DNA of 10,097 nt from an uncultured Chlamydiae bacterium. Lineage in GTDB: Bacteria; Chlamydiota; Chlamydiia; Chlamydiales; Parachlamydiaceae. The first letter of the stretch is position 1. Each line of letters opens with the position of its first letter. This document shows, one piece after another, positions 1 through 7,800 of this stretch. The DNA lies in the NCBI GenBank assembly GCA_963830365.1, contig CAWHMU010000024.1:1-10097 (forward strand). Direction: 5' to 3'. Both the position numbers and the translations under genes were made by a program. The notes beneath the pieces were generated by a model. The model worked only from the letters and a program-made list of their open reading frames with translations. It had not been told where the DNA came from and did not search any database.

Positions 1-339
1 AGCGCTATCTTGGCATATTCCGGCGGCTATTTCGCCTTGCCAACAAATATTGGAAAACACCGCCAGACCAAATTTGCCGCCATCCCCGAACTTACTTTCG
101 ACTTTGGATACCGCCTGTTGGATTGCATGCAACTAAAATTGGGATATACCGTGATGTATGTCAGCCAAGTCCTTTGGGCAGGCAAACAGCTTGATCGCCA
201 TATCAACCCCACCCAGGCCACCACCTATACCAATGCCCTTCCCCCCTTGCTTGTCGGACAGCCCAGCCCAAAGGCCCGCCTCAAGACCGAAAGCCTTTGG
301 GTGCAAGGACTGAATGCCGGCGTGCAATTCAATTTCTAA
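1..339 (+). CDS. Outer-membrane beta-barrel protein, BBP7 (DUF1551)-like; C-terminal fragment, 5' truncated by the window edge
   Basis: Frame 1 is open from base 1 (agc gct atc ttg gca...) to TAA at 337-339, so the TTG at 10 is not the real start. The translation GGYFALPTNIG...FAAIPELTFDFGY...LKLGYTVMYVSQVLWAGKQLDRHINPTQ...SLWVQGLNAGVQFNF matches my recollection of the BBP7 C-terminus (GGxxALPTNIG, PExxxxxGY, GY..xxxGxQID..VN, W.QGLNxG). It ends in an alternating beta-strand with a terminal Phe, the typical BAM beta-signal. Confidence 0.85.
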   Translation, partial: SAILAYSGGYFALPTNIGKHRQTKFAAIPELTFDFGYRLLDCMQLKLGYTVMYVSQVLWAGKQLDRHINPTQATTYTNALPPLLVGQPSPKARLKTESLWVQGLNAGVQFNF

Positions 340-342
340 CCG

Positions 343-371
343 TTGACTTTTCAGCAGACATGCACAATCAT
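343..371 (+). promoter_or_regulatory. Possible sigma70-type promoter for the protease gene
   Basis: TTGACT at 343-348 (5/6 match to the -35 consensus), a 17-nt spacer, then AATCAT at 366-371 (4/6 match to TATAAT). It lies in the 57-bp intergenic gap (340-396). Confidence 0.4.
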
Positions 372-384
372 TTTCACTTTTTAT

Positions 385-388
385 GGAG
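385..388 (+). promoter_or_regulatory. Shine-Dalgarno site
   Basis: GGAG at 385-388 lies 8 nt upstream of ATG 397. This supports 397 rather than TTG 343 as the start. Confidence 0.7.
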
Positions 389-396
389 ATTACGCA

Positions 397-1845
397 ATGC
401 TACTTCCACACTTAAGTCCCATCCTGACGCGTCTTTTGACATTACCGGTCACCCTGTTGATCTTATCACCACTGACCGCGTCTGTCAGTGAAAGCCCTTA
501 TACAGGCACCACAAGTGTATTCATAAAATATACCAATGCGGAAACGAACACGGACCTTGAGGACTCGCCCAGGATACGCCTGGGCTTCAACGGCAGCGAC
601 CACCATGTGCCGTTCATTATGGACACAGGATCCGTCGGCATCATCGCCTCGCCGGATATTTTCACCCCGGCCCGCGGCGCGAAATATCTTGGACAAGGGC
701 AGCAAATATATAGCAGCAGCGGCATCGTTGAAAATGGTACCTGGTGGTCGGCCACCCAGCAAATTTATGATGCCGACGGCACTTTGGTGGCCACAGCCAA
801 CGTGCCGGTCTTGCAAGTCACCTCAATCACATGCACGTCAGATCCAAGGGACTGCAGCATCAACCATAACCCGACCGGGATCTCGGTGATGGGCATTGGC
901 TTCGCGCGTGAAAGTCCCGAGCAGCAGCGCGGCACGCCGGACTACAATGCATTTCTCAACCTTCAGAGCGTTATCCAAGACGGTGTCTTGAAACCGCTGC
1001 CTGCTGATTGGTGCAATGGCTATGTGGTTTGTAAGGACGGCGTCTTTCTCGGCCTCACCGCCGACAATACCGCCAACGCGGGCTTTGTAAAGCTGTTGCC
1101 GTGGACCCAATATTCCACCCCGCAGCTGTCTGAATGGATGGCGGCGCCAATGACCGTCAAAGCCAACGGGACTAGCGGTGACGGCAATATCCTGATGGAT
1201 ACAGGCGTGGCTACGGCCTTTTTAACCCCACCGCCCGATGCAGTTTTAGGCCCGCTGGTACAATGTCCGGGAAGCACGCGCGTCGAATGCCTGCCGGACG
1301 GCGATGAGCTGCATATCTATTTGCCTGATGAGACGCAGCCGGTGGCACATTATAAGTTTACCGTAGGTGAAAGCGGCAATCCGATGCAGCCCGATGGCGT
1401 ACATAAGGTGGCAGGCAGCAAAATCTTTTTAAATACCAGCCGGCATGTGCTTGGTGGGATGAACTTCCTTTACGACAACACCAACGGGTACATCGGTTAT
1501 ATTTGGAATGGTGGTACTCCAGACAGTAAAGGTTCTGTTACCCCTGCCACGACATCATCGGCTACCGCACTGATCTCCTCGCATAATCCGGCCAAGCCGG
1601 GAGTAAATGTCACCTTTACGGCCACGGTAACGGGCGTTGGTTCCCCGCAGATACCAACCGGTGGCGTGACCTTTATGATCGGCGATAACCAAACATTCGT
1701 TCCTTTAGACAATCTTGGCGTAGCGACGTTTTCAACGTCACAGCTTTCGAGGGGAAGTTACACCATCGTGGCTAAATATTCAGGCGATGCCACCTATATC
1801 CGCTCTGCCTCCTCCCCCCTCATTCAAAATATCGGAAGATACTGA
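397..1845 (+). CDS. Secreted pepsin-like (two-lobed) aspartic peptidase with a C-terminal bacterial Ig-like (group 3, Big_3_5-type) domain; 482 aa
   Basis: Signal-peptide-like N-terminus MLLPHLSPILTRLLTLPVTLLILSPLTA (397-480). Two hydrophobic-hydrophobic-DTG motifs: FIMDTGS (DTG 622-630) and ILMDTGV (DTG 1198-1206). Flap Tyr in IYSSSG (Tyr 709-711), psi-loop VMGIGF (886-903), and a pepsin-like terminal strand FLYDNTNGYIGY. About 1549-1833 reads T-x-L-x-SS-x-NP...VTFTATV...PTGxVTF...GVATF...L..GSYTIVAKYSGDATY..S.S, typical of Big_3_5 repeats. Stop is TGA at 1843-1845, followed by TAA. Confidence 0.85.
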   Translation: MLLPHLSPILTRLLTLPVTLLILSPLTASVSESPYTGTTSVFIKYTNAETNTDLEDSPRIRLGFNGSDHHVPFIMDTGSVGIIASPDIFTPARGAKYLGQGQQIYSSSGIVENGTWWSATQQIYDADGTLVATANVPVLQVTSITCTSDPRDCSINHNPTGISVMGIGFARESPEQQRGTPDYNAFLNLQSVIQDGVLKPLPADWCNGYVVCKDGVFLGLTADNTANAGFVKLLPWTQYSTPQLSEWMAAPMTVKANGTSGDGNILMDTGVATAFLTPPPDAVLGPLVQCPGSTRVECLPDGDELHIYLPDETQPVAHYKFTVGESGNPMQPDGVHKVAGSKIFLNTSRHVLGGMNFLYDNTNGYIGYIWNGGTPDSKGSVTPATTSSATALISSHNPAKPGVNVTFTATVTGVGSPQIPTGGVTFMIGDNQTFVPLDNLGVATFSTSQLSRGSYTIVAKYSGDATYIRSASSPLIQNIGRY

Positions 1846-1858
1846 TAAGGGCGGATTT

Positions 1859-4800
1859 TCATACTAGGCTTTCGGCTGCACCGAGCTTGATGAAAAGCTG
1901 GTGCAGCGGGCTGTCGAAATAATGTGCGCGGCTTTCATCTTTCCAGAGCAGGATCTTCTGCATGAAAAGCTCGTAGAGCGCTTTAGTGTCGGCGCCCTTC
2001 AGCCATTTTTCCAGCTGGACGAGCTCCTGGCGGCTATAGTTGCTGTCGCCGCGGAAGAATTTGGCCTGCACCTTCAATGTGAGCAGTTTGCCATCTTTTT
2101 CAAAGCGTTCCGCGGCAATGCCTTCCTTTCCCTGCACAAGCGTGCCGCTGTCAAAGTGGTACAGCGTCAGGCGCAGCTCGCGCTTTTGCCCCTTGTCGGG
2201 GTTCAGACTGTCATCTTGCAGCATCGTCTTAAAGGCTGCCGCATCGTCGTTATCAAGCAGCATGAGGCGCAGTCCGCCTGTCTGTTTGTCCTCAATGGCC
2301 AGTGCATAGTCGGCTTCCTTCTGCGCAAACCCAAAAGGCGTTGAATCAACGAGACGCTCGGTTTCCGGCCATAAATTCAGACTGAACAGCAGCCTGCTAT
2401 CGAAACGGCTTCCCCCTCTAGCCAGTTCGGGGGTGTTTTTAAAGGCGTCCTGCACGGAGAATACGGGGCGGGCATCCCCCAGAATGCCGCTGAAATGATT
2501 CATCAGCCAAAGAGGCGTGCCGATGCCACTGAAAAATTTCCTGGTTGAGCTGTCGATAAACAGCGAGAGATCACTATCAAAGCTTTTCGGCGTGAAGTAA
2601 CTGTTGGTGAACAGATCCTTTAGTTCCCAGTTGGTTGGTGGACGGAACTTGCCGGGATTTGCAGGATATACCGCGCGTTCTTTTTTAGTTTCGACTTCTT
2701 TTTGCGTTTCACTTTCTTTTTCCACTTGGACGGTGCGCTGCCTGCCGTAGCGTGCGGATTGAACCAGCCGGTCGGGGAGAAGTTTCAATTCAGCTTCGGC
2801 CAGCGCCCGAATCTCCCTTTCGATGGCCTGACTGTCGAATTTTCCTTTCAGCAACGACAGGCTGCGGAAGGTTTGCATGGCTTTACTATTGAGGAAGTCT
2901 GCTACATCTGCAGCCACCACCTTCTCACGGGCGTCGGTGGAGGCTGTCTTGCCATAGAGTTCGAAGGGGCGGGCGGTCATGATGGAAGAAAACAACTCAC
3001 GGCAGCCGTCAAAAAGTTGGCTCAGATCAGTTTCGGGGAGGTTGGGATCCAAAGCGACCGCTAAAACCTTTTCAAGCAGATGCGCCTGCATCTTTTGCTT
3101 GAAGGAGCGGTAGTTGTCATTGCCCTGCCGCTCTGCCTGGTTGTTGATCACATAAAGGATGAGGTGCTTCAGCTCAAGCTCGCCGTTAACACTTATCGCC
3201 ATGCTTTGTTTTAAAGTCGTCTTGATGATCTCACGGTCTTCCGCTGTCACCAGGAAATTCACGCGCTGGGCTTTGTCCAGACCGCGCAGCCGCCAGACGG
3301 CCTGCAGCAGATCGCGCAGCAGGGTATGGCGGCCGACAGAGACTACCGCCGTCATGCGGGCGCCAAGCTTGATGTCGGAACCTGTGGTGTGCTCCTGGTC
3401 CCAGAAGGCGACGATCTCTTCCTTCGTAAGGCTGCTGCGTGCCAGCTCAACGCTATGAGGGCGCCCGTCGACAAGCGTCATCACCATCAGCTTGTTCTGC
3501 CCATCATAAAAAGCCACACCTTTAATGTCCGTACCCTGCCAGCAGTCCAGCCGCAGCATGGCTTCAGCCACATCGGCGCGGTTGGCCACATCGCGGAACA
3601 TACCGGCCGTATCGATGAAAGAACCATTGGGAAGGCCCTGGCGGCTGTAAATCTTTGCCAGCAGGTCTTTGATCCCCTGCCGGTTTTTTGCCCCACCGGC
3701 AGAGGGCATGTCGATCGTTTCTACATGCGGCGGACTATTTTGCCATAAGAGATTTAGAGTTTTAGCGGTGGTATCGGAAGGATAGGCCAGCTGCATCTGT
3801 TTTGGGAAGGTATCCACATTCCAAAGTGTGCCGCTCATGCCTTGCGTATGCTTGAACAGCAGACCGAACATTTGAGCGTCGGCGTTGAGCTGGGTGGCAT
3901 AGACTTTGATCTCAGGGACGACGTAGTTTTTGATGAGTTCAATTTGCAACTGCCGGTTGGTATTGACTATTTTAGTGATGGCTTTAAGGTCATCAGCCGA
4001 CAGCTTATTAATGTTATAGCGGGTGACGCCGCCGGTCAGCTGCAGAAATTTTTGATAGCTGTCGAGAGCCTTGATCGGTTTAGTCGCAAATTTCTTCCGC
4101 TCAGATAACAATAGCAGCTGCAAGCGGGCGATTTCCTTCTCGATGATGTCTTGCGGCAGGCCGGAGGCCAGATGCATCTGGATGGAATAATTGAGAACCT
4201 CCACTTCTGTACCAAATTGAGAGGTAGGGTTGGGCTTGCTGTGGTGATAGGGAACAGCCAGGTGGTCGCTCAACTTGTCCGGATTTTTACCATAGTGTTC
4301 GTTGAGGTTCTTTTGGGCCGTCAGCGGCAGTAGTTCATTGAATTCTTCTTTGTACAGGGCTAGCAGGTCTTGCACGTAAGGGGCAGCTTGTCTTTCAATC
4401 AACCCACCCCCTGCTTGCCCTGGACGATTCATCAAAAAATCTTCCAGCTGCAGCCGTTCCTTGCCGCTGAGCTTGGCAAGGAAAGCTTGCAACGGCTTAT
4501 TTTGCGCGCCAATTCTTCCCTCGAGCAAGGCTCTTGTCAGCATGGGTTTGACGGTGGCATCGTAGTGCTCTTTGGAGAATGGGATAGCACAGGCAAAATC
4601 TGTAAAGCCCAGCCGGACACTCTGGTTGACATTGGCGTCGGTAGCCAAAAATAAATACAGGTCGGTCAAAGCATTACTGTACACGGGATCCAAAGACTTC
4701 GATGCCCCCACGGTATAATGGAACGATTTCAGCACATCCAGCACGGTGTCGACTTCATCGATCATGACATTGCCGGAGGCTTTGAGCAGTCCGAAAATCT

Positions 4801-7800
4801 TTTGGAAAAGCCTGATTTCCTGCATCACAGAAGCTTGCTCGGCCTTTCCTGAAAGCACATTGGAGGTATAGATATCGAGCTTTTCAGCGAATTTAAGGTA
4901 CAGGCTCTGCAGGCTGCTATTCTTCATGAGCAGCAGCTTGCGCTCGCCCCTGATGCGTTCCAGCCGTTCATAGATGCGCTGCAGCTTAGCGTTATCAAGC
5001 CGGCTGTCGCGGTCGAATTCAAACACCTCCAGCACCTGCTCAAAACTTTGCCCCAAGGTTTTTTGCAGCTCAGGCGCCATCGAGGTCATCAGCGCATCTG
5101 GCAGGAGGGCGATAGCCAGTTGCTCCCCATCGGCATTGAGCAGGCTGAGCAGAGGCAGGATGACGGAGGTCTTGCCGGCGCCCATGATCATCTCAAGCAC
5201 AGCGCCCAGATGCTGCGGCGCCCCGACCTTGCCGTCATTAAGCTTCAGCTTGGCGAGATTGGCGGCCTGGTCCTTGCGCAGCAATACATTCATATAATAT
5301 TCGAAGACGAGGTATTGGGGATGTTTGGCCACGCTATAGGCGCGGTAAGACGTCGCGATGGCGGCCACCTCTTGCACGGCCTGCTGAAGATCTTCAGCCG
5401 GGGCCTTGGCATCTCTAAATCTTTCCAGCTGCTCGATAGCGGCCACAAAGCGCGCCAGATGCTGCTGGTAGGTGGCGGCTGCCAGGTAGGCCTGGACAGT
5501 ATTTACCAAAGCCACAACATCTTGATCGGTTAAGGCAGGGTTTCGCTGACGGTAGAAGGCCGTATCGGCATGCAGAAAGAGGCGCAGCGCCTCGTCGATA
5601 TCAATAGGACGTTCCACAACGGCTACAATGCGCACTTCGCGCGCCGCCTGCAGGGCACGATCAGGGAATGGCTGGTTAGCCAAGGCCTCTATTTTCAGGT
5701 GTTTCTCGGCCAAAGCCGTACGGCCCTGCGCCAAGGTCTGCTGTAGGTCGAGCTTCAGGCTATGCAACCTGGCAAAGTCTTTGACGGCATAAATCGATGG
5801 GGCTTCTTCTTTGGACAGCTTGGCGCCGGCAACCAAAGCCTTGATGCGCTGCAGTTCCCTTTTGGTGGCTGCGTCGCCGGCGGAAACAGAAAACACATCC
5901 AACAGCTCAGCTTTGCCTGGTGGGGTATTAGGCAACAAATTTTGGGAGGGCGCATCTTTTTTTATTAGATATTCTTGCAGGTTTGCGACCACCGCTTTAG
6001 AGCCGAAGGGATGATCCAGCAAGTTCAGGCACATGCCTTCAATCTGCTGCGGCGTGCGCGCGGTAGCCGAAGGCGCTTCTACGTCCATCATAGAGCCTTG
6101 AGGCAAGGCAGATTGAATGTCCATATTAAACCGTTGGGCAATTTCAAATACGCTTCCGATAACCCCTGTAGCAGATTCATTAGCAGTATAATTATCACTT
6201 GAGCTAGAGAGGGTGTTGCATGCATTTATTACTTCTTCTGCAGGTGGGAAGTCAATACCCAAAGACTGGGGAAAAGTAGGCCTCCATTGCAGTACATAAT
6301 TTAAAAGGCTGCGCAAAACCAAGGCTGTCATGCTTTCATATTCATCCTCGCCAGCAAGTTTGATCGCCAGCGTCTTGCGTACCACCTGCCAAAGCGCATC
6401 TGCGGTAAGATCTGTAGTGGCATAGTCAGTGCCGGCCATTTTAGAGACAAGCTTGATCAAATGATCACGTGTCAGCTCTGAGGGGTGGCTTAAAGCGCGG
6501 TAATAATAGGGGAAATCTTGCAGCAACGTTGGCTTTAGAATCGAAGCCGCCTGTCTTCTCGACTCATCCCTTTTCAATGAATTGATCAAATTTCCTATCC
6601 ACTTATCCTTCTCACAATTAAGGGTACTTGGTCTGCCATATTGATAAAACGGTAGCCGTTCGAAATATGTCTGCACCCATTGCAGCATATTGGCAGGGAG
6701 AGGCTGCAACCTGTCGTAGCTTTCTTTGGCGAGTGTACGGATGCGATTTGCCAGCACGGCCTGGACATTGTTTTGTTTTTTCTTTATCATTTCTGTATCT
6801 AGGAGTTTAAGCAGCAACACCTCTTCCTGAACAGAAAGCTTAAAATCTCCTAGGTACTCCAAATTTTCGAGATAGTTTGGATAGCCTTCATACAACATTT
6901 TAAAGACCTTCTCGCCCAATGCATTTGGAGTCTTTTCCTCTGTTTTCCTGTTAAAGACAGCATTCAATATTTCTTCTAAGGGCTCTTGATCTTGGCTGTC
7001 GATCGAGGATGGCTTGTAATGATCTTCATGATCAGCAAAAAGCAACACCAGGGCTTTCAGGCGCAAGGCTGCCGCCTTGGGATGAGGATCTTTGTTATTT
7101 TCATTTAACTTGGCGATGTCAAACAGGATAGCCTTTTCCTGCATCGATAGGGGCTGCAGCTGGGAGCCGAAACCATACAGATATTTCTTGGCTTGATCAT
7201 AGTCGTGCACCCATAAGTAGTTTCTGGCCAGCATCAGCCGGGCAGCCTCGCTGCGCGGCTCCAGCAGACCGCTTTGGACATTGACATCATAGGCGAACAG
7301 TTGCTTCTTTTGGCTACGGGACCCGGATTGCCGCACCGCTTCCGGAACCAAGCCGCGCTCCACCCCTCCAAATGAGGAATCCGAAATAATCACGCGCCGT
7401 TGTACATCCCCCGTCGCCGTCGGTTTTTCCAGTACCAGGTAGTCTTCGAATTTGGCAAGGGAGGCAACGCCTTGCGTCCCGGCCAACTGAAAGTCATCTA
7501 ATAGAGCAGAAACAGCCCGCCATTGGGCCTTCTCACGCCCCATCCCGTATCCCTTCGCAGAGATTTTTTCAACATTGAAGGTAATGCCATAGCGGGACAA
7601 TTCGATACTCCTCGCCATACCGGTAGCCGCCTCCTGCAAAATGATGATATGGGAGGGATCTTCGAAACGCCTAAGGAAAGAAAACGGAGCATCACGACAG
7701 GAGATGTCCATCACCACCAAACCGGTTTTTTCGCCCTTTTCATCGAGCTGGTGGATGACTGATGTACCGGCCGCTGCGCCTTGCTTGACAGGCTCAATAT

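Noticed and set aside
343..396. TTG start at 343 for the protease (500-aa ORF call)
   Set aside because: It has no SD, overlaps the candidate -35 box and would bury the signal peptide. ATG 397 has GGAG at an 8-nt spacing.
27..1712. Short ORFs overlapping the barrel and protease genes
   Set aside because: They are nested in or antisense to well-supported genes and have no motifs.
3284..5200. Calling the giant ORF secA or a ubiquitin hydrolase
   Set aside because: Size and motifs V/VI depart from housekeeping SecA, and I see no deubiquitinase catalytic motif, so no gene symbol is assigned.
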